Counted from the stretch's first letter, positions 43,062 through 53,088 are shown. The stretch is 64,000 nt of DNA from Pseudomonadales bacterium (GCA_028223755.1 JAOIUY010000009.1:32288-96287), one strand, 5' to 3'. The notes: generated by a model not told the origin, from the sequence alone. Program-made: numbers and translations.

Positions 43062-43098
43062 AGGTATTCCCATTTTGAAATCAAAAAAAATTAAAAAA

Positions 43099-43596
43099 AT
43101 GTCTACGGCGCAAAAGGGCTTTACCTTAATTGAGGTCATGGTGGCGGTGTTTGTTTTAGCTGTAGGCATTTTAGGTATGGCGGGTATGCAGGCAGTCAGT
43201 GTGCGCGAATCGCAAAACAGTATTTTTAGATCACAGGCCGATATTTTAGCGGCCGATATGGCCGATCGTTTAAGAGCGAATAGGGCGGATGCCGCAGATC
43301 CACTCTCAACCAATTATGAAACCGATGGGACGGCAGTGGTTAGTGGTGTTTGCCAAGGTACAACCGCTAACTGTGATGAAGCACAAATGGCGAGTTACGA
43401 TATTGCTCAATGGCAAACACAAATAATTAATTCCAGTTTGCCATCGGGTGTTGGCACTATTACAAGAAATGCAGGTACGTCGGAATACACGATTTTAGTG
43501 TTTTGGGATGAAGACCGTAATGGTGCGGTGACTACTGCAGCAAGCTGTAATTCAACCGCGCTTGATGGCTGTATTCGATTAGTGATTCAAATTTAG
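43099..43596 (+). CDS. pilV: Type IV pilus minor pilin PilV
   Basis: Track ORF starts at TTG 43075. The ATG at 43099 gives MSTAQKG|FTLIEVMVAVFVLAVGILGMAGMQ, the typical PilV N-terminus. Confidence 0.85.
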   Translation: MSTAQKGFTLIEVMVAVFVLAVGILGMAGMQAVSVRESQNSIFRSQADILAADMADRLRANRADAADPLSTNYETDGTAVVSGVCQGTTANCDEAQMASYDIAQWQTQIINSSLPSGVGTITRNAGTSEYTILVFWDEDRNGAVTTAASCNSTALDGCIRLVIQI

Positions 43597-43612
43597 GTTG
43601 CAGATTTTGACT

Positions 43613-44464
43613 ATGGCTATGACAGCGACAGTGACAAAAACAAAACAAGCAGGTTTTTCATTAATCGAGCTAATGATCGCAATGGGTCTTGGCTTGTTTA
43701 TGTTGGCGGGCATTATTCAAGTAACCGTGGGGAGTCGGCAGGCTTTCGATGTGATTCATGCGCAATCCATTACGCAAGAGTCTGGACGTTTTAGTATGAA
43801 TTTTATTAGCCACTCTTCGCGTGCCGCTGGTTATCTTAATCCCGGCGATATCACTACGATGAATGGTGATGACTATGCAGCCGACTTGGTTAACCTTGTG
43901 GCGAATAATGCTTATTGGCTCGGCCAGAATGGGTTTGATGAAGGCGCAGTGGTTGTGGGTGCTGATACTACAGCTGCGACGTTAACCGATGCTGACACAA
44001 CTCTAGATAGCTTTACTTTCAGGATGGAAGGTGACAGCGATGCTACTAGGCCTTTACTCGATTGTGCCGGTTTTACGATTGATGGCACTCCAGGTGTGTT
44101 TACCCGTATGAGTTTTTATATCGATACCAATGATCAATTGCGATGCGATGTTGCTGGTGCAAGTTCGGTGGTATTAGTATCTGGCGTAGAAGATATGCAA
44201 GTGCTTTATGGTGTGGGCGATGCCTCTACGCCGAATCGTGTTATTCGTTATTTAACGGCAAGCCAAATGACCAGTGCCGATTGGCCTTACGTGGTTATTA
44301 TGCAAATAGGCTTGATGACGGTTTCTGATAATACGCCACTCGATGCAACGGGGAGGGCGTACACCTTATTAGATAAAACTATTGAAGCTTCGGCAACTGC
44401 CGATGGTCGTGCACGACAAGTCTTTACGCAGACGATTGCTTTACGTAGTCAACTCTCAGGTTGA
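43613..44464 (+). CDS. pilW: Type IV pilus minor pilin PilW
   Basis: Track ORF starts at TTG 43598; ATGs at 43613 and 43619. Contains KQAG|FSLIELMIAMGLGLFMLAGIIQV. Confidence 0.82.
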   Translation: MAMTATVTKTKQAGFSLIELMIAMGLGLFMLAGIIQVTVGSRQAFDVIHAQSITQESGRFSMNFISHSSRAAGYLNPGDITTMNGDDYAADLVNLVANNAYWLGQNGFDEGAVVVGADTTAATLTDADTTLDSFTFRMEGDSDATRPLLDCAGFTIDGTPGVFTRMSFYIDTNDQLRCDVAGASSVVLVSGVEDMQVLYGVGDASTPNRVIRYLTASQMTSADWPYVVIMQIGLMTVSDNTPLDATGRAYTLLDKTIEASATADGRARQVFTQTIALRSQLSG

Positions 44465-44500
44465 TTTAATTCAGGTTAAGCTTAATCAGGTTAAAGTTAA

Positions 44501-45112
44501 ATGAAAAATAGTGAATCAAATAATCGTTTAAAGCGCAGTGCAAATAAAAGCTCGCAGAGCGGTGCTGTGCTGGTTGTCTCTTTAGTGATGCTTCTAATAC
44601 TCACTCTAATTGGCATATCGGGCATGTCTTCAGTGACACTCGAAGAAAAAATGGTTTCGAATATGCAAAATGCGAATAAATCGTTTCAGGGCGCAGAGGC
44701 CGCTTTAAATGAATGTGAAATGTTTTTGCGTGATCAAGCAACGGTGGTATTGCATCAAACATCGAAGACATCAAGCCTGAGTGATTTAAAAAATAAAACA
44801 CATAGAGTAATTGCCACAGGTATTTTTCCTGCAGGTTGGTGGCAGGATGAAGATTTCTGGGATGACTATGGTAATGAGTCGGTGATCGATTCAATTGCAC
44901 GTACTACCACCTCGCCAGATGGTGTCTCGTCTGTGCCGCTTTGTTTTACAGAATATATTGGCAATGGCACCAGCTCGATGGATTCCGATACCTCTTTATA
45001 TCCTGGAGCCAATTCTGCCGATGCTAAGTTGGTTTATCGAGTGACGGCATCATCATTTGGTGCAGATACAAAAAGTCAGTCAATTGTAGAAAGTTTGTTT
45101 GTTAAGCAATAG
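44501..45112 (+). CDS. pilX: Type IV pilus minor pilin PilX
   Basis: 203 aa. PilX-type N-terminal domain GAVLVVSLVMLLILTLIGISGMSSVTLEEKMVSNMQN. Confidence 0.8.
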   Translation: MKNSESNNRLKRSANKSSQSGAVLVVSLVMLLILTLIGISGMSSVTLEEKMVSNMQNANKSFQGAEAALNECEMFLRDQATVVLHQTSKTSSLSDLKNKTHRVIATGIFPAGWWQDEDFWDDYGNESVIDSIARTTTSPDGVSSVPLCFTEYIGNGTSSMDSDTSLYPGANSADAKLVYRVTASSFGADTKSQSIVESLFVKQ

Positions 45113-45133
45113 TCAGCAGTATTAGGGATTGTG

Positions 45134-48100
45134 ATGAAAGTAATGAAATCTGTTATTAATTATTTTTTAGAGCAAGCTAAAAAAGCCCGTTTGTTGTTTA
45201 TCTTTTGCTTAGCATTGATAGCACCAATTAACGCTGCTCAACTCAATTTAAATGATATGCCGTTATTTGTATCGACTAGCGTGCCACCGAATATTGTTGT
45301 ATCAATGGATGATTCGGGCAGTATGGCTTGGGGGTTTATGCCTGATGCAGTTGCTTCCGATTGGCGCGAAATTTATTACCGCTCCGCTTATCATAATAAA
45401 ATTTATTATGATCCAACCGTTATCTATGTTGCACCTAGCGATTCTGTGGGTACTCAATTAGCTGATGCTGATTATACCGATGCAACGCATGGTTATTACT
45501 ATGATGGTAGTTATCAAGTAAAAATCAATTTATCGACCGACTTTATCGGCATTTACGATCATTATTATAACGACTCAACGCCCGATTTATTAGGTGCTGA
45601 AGAGTCAGGCTTAGGTTGTGGTACTGCCGAAGGCGAGCCTTGTGACCCTCAGCCCGCTTATTATTATAATTTTGATAATAGTTTAAGCGGTTGTACGGCT
45701 ACGATAGCTGATCAGCCTCGTGATGCTGATTGTTATAGCAAGGTGGTTATTAACACCGATAGTTACACTGGTGATGGCAGTACAAACGACTATGAAAGAA
45801 CACTTGCCGAAGAGCAAACAAACTTTGCCAATTGGTTTCAATATTATTCTATTCGTGGCGATGCAGGAAAAACAGCACTAACGCGTGCTTTTGTTCCTGA
45901 CTCGGTAAGCAGTGCTGTACGTGTTGGTAGGCAAGCACTCAACCATAATAATTCAGTAGCTTCAGGAGGCTCATCGTCGCAAGTGTCTGAGTTTGATGCC
46001 ACTGAGCGAGCCAATTTTTATACGTGGATTAATAATGTACGAACGAGTGGTGGTACGCCATTACGATCGGCAGCAGTGCGTGCGGGTAATTACTACACTA
46101 ATATTTCTGCCTATCGAGATGACCCCTCTAATTCATCATCGGATGCCGTGTCGTGTCGACTCAATACGCATATTATGCTTACCGATGGTTTTTATAATGG
46201 CTCTTTTACCGATCCAACGAGTTTTTTCCAAGACGAGGATACGGGTAATACGCTGCCCGATGGTACGGCTTATAACCCGGGTACTACGAATCAATTTATT
46301 TATCCCAATGCCAATAGTGATGAATCGTTAGCCGATATTATGTGGCATTACTGGGCATCCGATTTAGCATCAACACTGACGGATAATATTGAACCTTACT
46401 ATACCGAAGAAATTGTTAGTTCGCCAACCGATGCACAATACTGGAATCCGGCTAACGATCCAGCTAATTGGCAGCATATGGTCAGTTACATGGTGTCGTT
46501 TGGTTTGTCAGGTAGTGTGCCAACCACCGAAGCGGTTTATCAAAATTTATTAGAGGGTACTTCTTACACGGCGAATGATGGCGTAACTACGCAAACGGGT
46601 TGGCCGGGTATTGGTACTAATAATGGTATTGCCGATGATTTATATCACGCCGGTATTAATGGTCATGGTGGATTTTTTAATGCGACTGACCCTAATGAAT
46701 TAGTTGATGCTTTTAAATCCATTACCGAACGAATTGCTGCCCGTGAATCAACGGCATCTACCGTTGTTGCTAATAGCGGCCGTATCTCCTCGGGTAATCT
46801 CGTTTATCTTGCCTCCTTTGATACCGAAAAATGGATAGGGCAGTTACAGACTTTTGAGGTCTCTGATGGTTCAGGCTTTGATCCTGATGAGGCAACCCCG
46901 GCGACCTGTAATGATGAGGCGTTTGGTACTTTGTGTTCCGAGGTATGGGATGCGGCGCGAGAAAATACTACTGTCACACTGCCGCATAGCACACGAAAAA
47001 TATTTACTTACGATGATACCGAGGTATCGGGCAATCCAATAGGTGGTATCGAATTTAAATGGTCGAGTTTAAATGCCACACAAGCTGCTTTTCTTGATGA
47101 TGGTGACGGTCAAGGCGAGGCGCGGGTAAATTATTTACGTGGTGATGATGCTAATGAAATTGAAAATGGCGGTACCTTTCGATCACGTCGCAGTTTAATC
47201 ACCGATGGTGATGATACGCGTGTCGGTCCTATCGTACATTCCTCACCGGTTTATGTGGGTAATGGTGTTGATGCAAATGGGTTTAGGGAGTATGCGTTTA
47301 CAGAAGAATCGTATTCTACTTTTCTTAGTGCTATTGCCAGTAGAAAGCCGATGATTTATGCCGGTGGTAACGATGGCATGTTGCATGCTTTTAACGCTGA
47401 AAGAAATGGTGGTGAAGAGGTGTTCGCTTATGTGCCCAACGCAATTTTAAACGATGTGCATGAACTTACGGAAAGTACTTTTACGGCTGGCGCCTATGTC
47501 GATGGGCCTATATCGACGTTAGATGTTTTTTATAGCGGTGACTGGCATTCAGTACTTGTTGGTGGGCTCAGAACCGGCGGTAAAGGCTATTACGCCTTGG
47601 ATATTACTGACCCAGCTGACACAGCCGATAAAATAGCGTTATGGGAATTTACCGATGACGACGATTCCGATATGGGTTACAGCTTTGGTAAAGCTCAATT
47701 AGTTAAGTTAAATACCGGTCAGTGGGCAGCTATTGTTGCTAATGGTTATAACTCTACGAATGAAAAAGCCGTGCTGTTTGTTTTGGATATTGAAGATGGT
47801 AGCGTCATTAAAAAATTCGAGGTCGATAATTCGGGCGATAATGGTTTGTCTGGTCCGGTAGCTATTTCTATCGATAGAGATTTTACTATCGAATATATTT
47901 ATGCCGGTGACTTGCAAGGCAAAATGTGGAAGTTTGACTTAAAGTCATCGGCAGTGGGTGATTGGAGTTATGCTAAGTTATTCAAAGCAGATTCTGGACA
48001 AGTGATTACAGGTTCTGTGACAGTGGGTAATCATCCAGAAAATCAGGATGGTCGCATAGTGTATTTTGGAACAGGTAAATACCTCGAGCAAAGCGATTTA

Positions 48101-48682
48101 ACCTCAACCAATACTGAGTCATTTTATGCTGTTTTAGATGATGATACATGTACAGGAAATAGTGCGTGTATCACTTCGTCTGCGCTCGTCTCGCAGACCG
48201 TTGATGGTGCTTCTTTAGATGGGCGCACCATTACTGAAAATACGGTTGATTGGAGTAGTGATAAAGGTTGGCGCTTAGGTTTAAGTTCACTTTCTAGTGT
48301 TTCTGAAAGGGTAGTAGGTCGACCAGCATTGATTGGCTCTCTAGTTATCTTTAATACCATTATTCCTGAAAGCGGCCGATGTAATTCTGGGGGCGAAACA
48401 TTTACTTTTGTTATTGATAGAAGCAGTGGCGGTGCGCCTGATTCGCCTACGCTCGATTACAATGCCGATGGAAGGGTTGATCAAAATGATAAGAAGGGCG
48501 GTAAAGTTGTCGTGGCTATGCAGCCTAAACCACCTAGCGGCTCTAGCAAAGATCCAGCTCCGGATTTAGTAGTGTTAGTCAGTGGTGATGGCACCAATAA
48601 ATGTATTAATGTTGCGGGTCAGTGTGACTCTTTAGGCGGTGGTTCTCGATCGGGTCGTGTGCGTTGGCGGCAGCTCAAGTAA
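45134..48682 (+). CDS. pilY1: Type IV pilus tip-associated adhesin PilY1
   Basis: About 1182 aa. Signal peptide present. N-terminal vWA-like segment with a MIDAS-type motif (VVSMDDSGSM). C-terminal propeller hallmark GDLQGKMWKFDL and a DxDxDG-like loop (DYNADGRVDQND). Confidence 0.9.
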   Translation: MKVMKSVINYFLEQAKKARLLFIFCLALIAPINAAQLNLNDMPLFVSTSVPPNIVVSMDDSGSMAWGFMPDAVASDWREIYYRSAYHNKIYYDPTVIYVAPSDSVGTQLADADYTDATHGYYYDGSYQVKINLSTDFIGIYDHYYNDSTPDLLGAEESGLGCGTAEGEPCDPQPAYYYNFDNSLSGCTATIADQPRDADCYSKVVINTDSYTGDGSTNDYERTLAEEQTNFANWFQYYSIRGDAGKTALTRAFVPDSVSSAVRVGRQALNHNNSVASGGSSSQVSEFDATERANFYTWINNVRTSGGTPLRSAAVRAGNYYTNISAYRDDPSNSSSDAVSCRLNTHIMLTDGFYNGSFTDPTSFFQDEDTGNTLPDGTAYNPGTTNQFIYPNANSDESLADIMWHYWASDLASTLTDNIEPYYTEEIVSSPTDAQYWNPANDPANWQHMVSYMVSFGLSGSVPTTEAVYQNLLEGTSYTANDGVTTQTGWPGIGTNNGIADDLYHAGINGHGGFFNATDPNELVDAFKSITERIAARESTASTVVANSGRISSGNLVYLASFDTEKWIGQLQTFEVSDGSGFDPDEATPATCNDEAFGTLCSEVWDAARENTTVTLPHSTRKIFTYDDTEVSGNPIGGIEFKWSSLNATQAAFLDDGDGQGEARVNYLRGDDANEIENGGTFRSRRSLITDGDDTRVGPIVHSSPVYVGNGVDANGFREYAFTEESYSTFLSAIASRKPMIYAGGNDGMLHAFNAERNGGEEVFAYVPNAILNDVHELTESTFTAGAYVDGPISTLDVFYSGDWHSVLVGGLRTGGKGYYALDITDPADTADKIALWEFTDDDDSDMGYSFGKAQLVKLNTGQWAAIVANGYNSTNEKAVLFVLDIEDGSVIKKFEVDNSGDNGLSGPVAISIDRDFTIEYIYAGDLQGKMWKFDLKSSAVGDWSYAKLFKADSGQVITGSVTVGNHPENQDGRIVYFGTGKYLEQSDLTSTNTESFYAVLDDDTCTGNSACITSSALVSQTVDGASLDGRTITENTVDWSSDKGWRLGLSSLSSVSERVVGRPALIGSLVIFNTIIPESGRCNSGGETFTFVIDRSSGGAPDSPTLDYNADGRVDQNDKKGGKVVVAMQPKPPSGSSKDPAPDLVVLVSGDGTNKCINVAGQCDSLGGGSRSGRVRWRQLK

Positions 48683-48731
48683 CCTTATTAGCGCATTCAG
48701 TATAATTGTTAGATAGTTAGGTGTATAAGCA

Positions 48732-49028
48732 ATGAAAAAATTATGGATTAAATTTATCTCTATCGCTGTCATTTTTAATGCAGGCTTTATTAATGCCGCA
48801 AATGACGAATTTGTTGCACATATTGTTGATGTTGATTTAAAGACAGCTGAAGTGAAATTATTATCTAAGAATATAAGAAATATCGATTATCGTTTAGCTT
48901 ATGATGTAAGAATTCAGCTCGCTAATGGTAAAAAAGGGGCAGTAGCGAACCTGCGTAAAGGCAATCAAATCACCGCAGTTGGCGATAATGATAAAAGAGT
49001 TATTTATGTCATTAACGTGCTTAATTAA
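48732..49028 (+). CDS. Small secreted protein in the pilY2 slot (family not recognised)
   Basis: 98 aa. Signal peptide MKKLWIKFISIAVIFNAGFINA, then a beta-rich-looking body. AT-rich. Lies between pilY1 and pilE. Confidence 0.6.
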   Translation: MKKLWIKFISIAVIFNAGFINAANDEFVAHIVDVDLKTAEVKLLSKNIRNIDYRLAYDVRIQLANGKKGAVANLRKGNQITAVGDNDKRVIYVINVLN

Positions 49029-49054
49029 TGCTTTCTATAAATGGAAAAAAGATT

Positions 49055-49453
49055 ATGCATATGCGCGGATTTACATTAATTGAATTGATGATCGTGGTTG
49101 CTATTCTCGGCATTATTGCTGCGGTTGCTTTGCCTAGTTATCAAGGTCAGGTAAGGGATGGGCGCAGAGCAGACTGCACGGCTGTTCTAATGCAAGCAAG
49201 GCAATTAATGGAACGCCATTATTCAAAGAACTATGATTATGGAACACCTGCAGCAGTAGGGATACCGACCAAAGCACCTATTGATGGCGATGCTAATTAC
49301 TGTGCAATTACCTTAGTTGCTGCTGCCACAACATTTACGCTTACAGCTACACCACAAGGCGGGCAAGTGGGTGATGGCTGTGGTGTTTTAACAATTAACC
49401 AAGCGGGAGTTAAAACTGCTGCGGATGGAACGGTTGATGCATGCTGGCGTTAA
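49055..49453 (+). CDS. pilE: Type IV pilin-like protein PilE
   Basis: Track ORF starts at 49028. The ATG at 49055 gives the short leader MHMRG|FTLIELMIVVAILGIIAAVALPSYQ. C-terminal Cys pair present. Confidence 0.88.
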   Translation: MHMRGFTLIELMIVVAILGIIAAVALPSYQGQVRDGRRADCTAVLMQARQLMERHYSKNYDYGTPAAVGIPTKAPIDGDANYCAITLVAAATTFTLTATPQGGQVGDGCGVLTINQAGVKTAADGTVDACWR

Positions 49454-49454
49454 A

Positions 49455-50054
49455 CTAACAGGCTGGTATCGCTCCATTAGTATCCTCTACAACCCCATCG
49501 TTATTTCTATCTCTATAAACACGCGTTCGGCCTTGACGACTAATCACCAGTGCGCGTGCTAACGATAAATCGCCTTCTTTATCACAAATATGAAACCGTC
49601 CAAATTGCCGCGCCATCCCCGTGGGTGAGTAACGCAAATAATTTTTTCGCCCCGAAGCGCGCCAACTAATAGTGCTGTTATTCGGCGCAAAATCAATAAA
49701 CTCCATCAGCGTTTCTTTGTCATCGATAATACCGTTATTATTTTTATCAATAAAAATCATTATTCCGTTTTCCCATTCCTCACCACAGGCTGTTTCTGAA
49801 TAAGGACATAGCGAAACAATTTCCCTACTGGTTATAGCGCTATAACGTGCGGTTGCCATTGCGCGCTGTAAGGTTGCAACGTAGACATCGGCTTGCTGTT
49901 TTTGCCATAGTTTGGCAAAGCTCGGCACCGCCATACTCACTAGTAGCGTAATAATGGTGGAAGTTATTAATACTTCAATTAAGGTAAAACCAAAAAGCGG
50001 TTTTGAAGGTGTATATTGATTTAAGGCGAAGGGTATTAAATATAGATTGACCAT
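49455..50054 (-). CDS. Second FimT/GspH-family minor pilin, convergent with pilE
   Basis: 199 aa. Contains ...KPLFG|FTLIEVLITSTIITLLVSMAVPSF and the GspH-like body LCPY...ENGIMIFIDKNNNG. Its stop codon is one nucleotide from the pilE stop. Confidence 0.8.
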   Translation of the reverse strand: MVNLYLIPFALNQYTPSKPLFGFTLIEVLITSTIITLLVSMAVPSFAKLWQKQQADVYVATLQRAMATARYSAITSREIVSLCPYSETACGEEWENGIMIFIDKNNNGIIDDKETLMEFIDFAPNNSTISWRASGRKNYLRYSPTGMARQFGRFHICDKEGDLSLARALVISRQGRTRVYRDRNNDGVVEDTNGAIPAC

Positions 50055-50199
50055 GGCTGCATCTCCTTATGCATAGTTTTTTTACGAGCATATAAAACTA
50101 GCTAGCTAATGCTTGTAAAATGACACGTTATCCTTAACCGTCATGGAGTGCATGGTAATTGAATTTAGTGGGGCGGCTCAATAACCTCTGGTCAGTTGG

Positions 50200-51033
50200 T
50201 TAATCATAGATAGTAGGGATGGGTTGACGCTTATGCTGCGTTTTAATAAAGATATCGGTAATGCGTTTTACCACTTCGTCTGACACTGGTTTGCCTTCAA
50301 GAAAATCATCAATATTATCGTAGCTTAAACCTAGCGCTTGCTCGTCAGCTTTTTGCGGTGCTAAACATTCTAAGTCGGCGGTAGGTGCTTTAGTAATAAT
50401 AACGTCGGGCGCACCTAAGTGTGTCGCAATTTGACGGACTTGACGTTTACTTAAACCAAATAGCGGCGCGAGGTCGCATGCGCCATCGCCCCATTTGGTA
50501 TAAAAGCCAGTAATGTTTTCTGCCGAATGGTCAGTACCTAAAACTAATGCGCCCACTAAACCAGCAATTTCATATTGCGCAACCATGCGAGTGCGTGCTT
50601 TGACATTGCCTTTGGCAAAATCAATGGTAGCCTCGTTGGGTAGAAGTCCTTGTGATGTGACAGCGGCTAACGCCTGCGCATGAATACCATCGGCGCCGGT
50701 TTGGATATTGACCGTAAGGTGCTGGCTCGGCTGAATAAACTGTATTGAAAGTTGCGCGTCGTCTTCATCGCGCTGGGTATCATAAGGTAATCGGATAGCA
50801 AGAAACTGATATTCAATACCAGCTTCTGATGTTTGATTGAGCTCATTAACCGCTAGTTGCGCCAAGCGTCCACAAACGGCAGAATCGATACCGCCGCTAA
50901 TGCCTAGTACTAAATTTTTAATACCCGACTGTATTAACTGCTGTTTAATAAAATCGACACGGCGACTAACTTCATGCGCTGGATCAATTTCAGCTAAGAC
51001 TTTCATTTCATCAATAATATCAGTTTTGTTCAT
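50200..51033 (-). CDS. nadE: NH3-dependent NAD+ synthetase
   Basis: 277 aa. PP-loop [10 protein letters not shown]. Confidence 0.94.
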   Translation of the reverse strand: MNKTDIIDEMKVLAEIDPAHEVSRRVDFIKQQLIQSGIKNLVLGISGGIDSAVCGRLAQLAVNELNQTSEAGIEYQFLAIRLPYDTQRDEDDAQLSIQFIQPSQHLTVNIQTGADGIHAQALAAVTSQGLLPNEATIDFAKGNVKARTRMVAQYEIAGLVGALVLGTDHSAENITGFYTKWGDGACDLAPLFGLSKRQVRQIATHLGAPDVIITKAPTADLECLAPQKADEQALGLSYDNIDDFLEGKPVSDEVVKRITDIFIKTQHKRQPIPTIYD

Positions 51034-51193
51034 GGTGTATTTTTTCTGTAAATGGGTTAATTAGTGGCTCTATTGGTTTTACGCTGATTCGAGGATAGAA
51101 GATCATTTAAAATATTACTCTGCTCGCTAGAATATTTCTATTGGCTTAATGCCAGACTGACTCGCTATTTCTATCATCCTTTCATATCGTTTT

Positions 51194-51988
51194 TTAGCCT
51201 GCACTGTTTTGATTCATATCAAGATAAATATAGCTGGCCATTCGTCCTGTCTGGCCTTCACGGCGATAAGAATAAAAGCGCTCTGTATCACTGGCCGTAC
51301 AAAAACCACCGCCGTAAATATGGCATACACCGCAGGCATTGAGTGCAACAGTGGCTAATTGATAGATGTCAGCCAAATATTTATTGTTAGGCTTTGTTTC
51401 AAACGCGGCCTCAAATACTGCCGAACCGGTTTCGCCTTTAACAAAAGCGTCTCTGACATCCTGCCCAACTTCAAAGTGGTTAGGGCCAATAGCAGGACCA
51501 AGCCAAGCATAAATTTGTTGGCTTTGTATTGTTGGCAAGCTATTACAAAAAGCGCTGATACTATTGCTAATAATGCCGTTAGCTAAGCCACGCCAGCCAG
51601 CATGAATGGCGGCAACGCGTGTACCTTGTGCATCACATAATAAAATCGGTAGACAATCGGCGGTTAATACAGTGCAGACGATATTAGGTTTGCTGGTGAG
51701 TGCAGCATCTGCAGCTAATGGCATTGGCTGCACACTATCTAAAGCCAAAATATCAGTGCTATGCGTTTGCTCTAACCATTGCCATTGTTGCTCGGCAATG
51801 TTCTCACAGTGCGCTAAATGCTTGCGGTTGTTAGTCACGTGATTGGTATTATCACTAACATGTTGCGCTAAATTCAATTCATCAAAAGGTGCTTGGCTGT
51901 AACCACCAATACGGGTGCTGACGCCAGCAATCACTTGTGGCGGTGCTGGCCAAATCGGTCTAATAATATCAGCTGGCGGTATTGTCAT
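51194..51988 (-). CDS. pgeF: YfiH/PgeF (DUF152) family purine nucleoside phosphorylase / laccase-domain protein
   Basis: 264 aa. Contains GVSTRIGGYSQAPFDELNL and TADCLPILL...AIHAGWRG. Lies downstream of rluD, as in many gammaproteobacteria. Confidence 0.88.
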   Translation of the reverse strand: MTIPPADIIRPIWPAPPQVIAGVSTRIGGYSQAPFDELNLAQHVSDNTNHVTNNRKHLAHCENIAEQQWQWLEQTHSTDILALDSVQPMPLAADAALTSKPNIVCTVLTADCLPILLCDAQGTRVAAIHAGWRGLANGIISNSISAFCNSLPTIQSQQIYAWLGPAIGPNHFEVGQDVRDAFVKGETGSAVFEAAFETKPNNKYLADIYQLATVALNACGVCHIYGGGFCTASDTERFYSYRREGQTGRMASYIYLDMNQNSAG

Positions 51989-53088
51989 TCTTCGAATTTA
52001 GGTCGCTTATCTTCGGCACGTAAGGCATTGACTAAATCGGTATAGTCTTCGGGTAAATCACATTTAAACTCAACCATTTCTTGCGTTACTGGGTGCTCAA
52101 AGCTTAATTGAAAGGCATGCAGCGCCTGGCGTGGAAATTGTCGCAGTACTTCATCGAGCTCTGTACTGACACCAGAAATTTGCTGGTAACGCGAGTTATA
52201 GGTTTTATCGCCAATTAACGGGTGCTTAATATGAGCCATATGCACACGTATTTGATGGGTGCGGCCAGTCTCAAGCTTAACGGTTAAATCGGTATGGTGG
52301 GCAAAGCGCTCAGCAATACGGTAGTGAGTGACGGCCACTTTTGCACCGTTAGTGTCGGATGCTTTAGCGACTGCCATTTTAGTTCTAGCGCTGGGGTGTC
52401 GGCCAATAGGCGCATCGACAGTGCCGCCGGAAATAAAATTACCTTTAACGACTGCGCGGTAAACGCGGCTGACGGTTCGCTGTTGTAGCTGCCTAACGAG
52501 GCTGCTATGGGCTTCAAGACTTTTCGCCACTACCATTAAGCCGGTTGTATCTTTATCTAGTCGATGGACGATGCCGCCTCGTGGTAATGCCGAATTATTG
52601 GGGCAGTGCGCTAGTACGCTGTTGACTAATGTGCCTGACAATAGACCGGGGGCAGGGTGAACCACGCAGTTGACCGGTTTATTGACGACTAATAAATGGT
52701 CATCTTCAAAGACAATATTAATGGGGCGGCTTTCGGGTGCCCAGTCGGATACCGGTGTGAACTCAGCTGTTAGATCAAGTTGGCTCCCGACGAATAGCTT
52801 TTGCCGAGATTTACACTGTTGATTATCGGCGGTTAACTCACCCGAGCTAATCCAGCTTTGTAACTTGCCTCGAGAGAACTCTGGGAAAAGTTTTGCAGCA
52901 ATTTGGTCACAACGTTTGCCCGATAGTTCTTCGGGGATAACAGCGCTGCGATGAATGATATTATTAGATGGTTCATTAGCTTCAATATCGTCAATGTCCC
53001 CAGCCGATGGGTCGATTATTGAATCAGTGGTTGATTCTGATGTCGGATGTTGAGGATTTTGATCCGAAATTGCTGTCGTATTGCTCAT
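51985..53088 (-). CDS. rluD: 23S rRNA pseudouridine synthase RluD
   Basis: 367 aa. S4-like domain plus the catalytic HRLDKDTTG. Carries an acidic N-terminal extension of roughly 40 residues compared with the usual length of about 325 aa. Confidence 0.92.
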   Translation of the reverse strand: MSNTTAISDQNPQHPTSESTTDSIIDPSAGDIDDIEANEPSNNIIHRSAVIPEELSGKRCDQIAAKLFPEFSRGKLQSWISSGELTADNQQCKSRQKLFVGSQLDLTAEFTPVSDWAPESRPINIVFEDDHLLVVNKPVNCVVHPAPGLLSGTLVNSVLAHCPNNSALPRGGIVHRLDKDTTGLMVVAKSLEAHSSLVRQLQQRTVSRVYRAVVKGNFISGGTVDAPIGRHPSARTKMAVAKASDTNGAKVAVTHYRIAERFAHHTDLTVKLETGRTHQIRVHMAHIKHPLIGDKTYNSRYQQISGVSTELDEVLRQFPRQALHAFQLSFEHPVTQEMVEFKCDLPEDYTDLVNALRAEDKRPKFEE

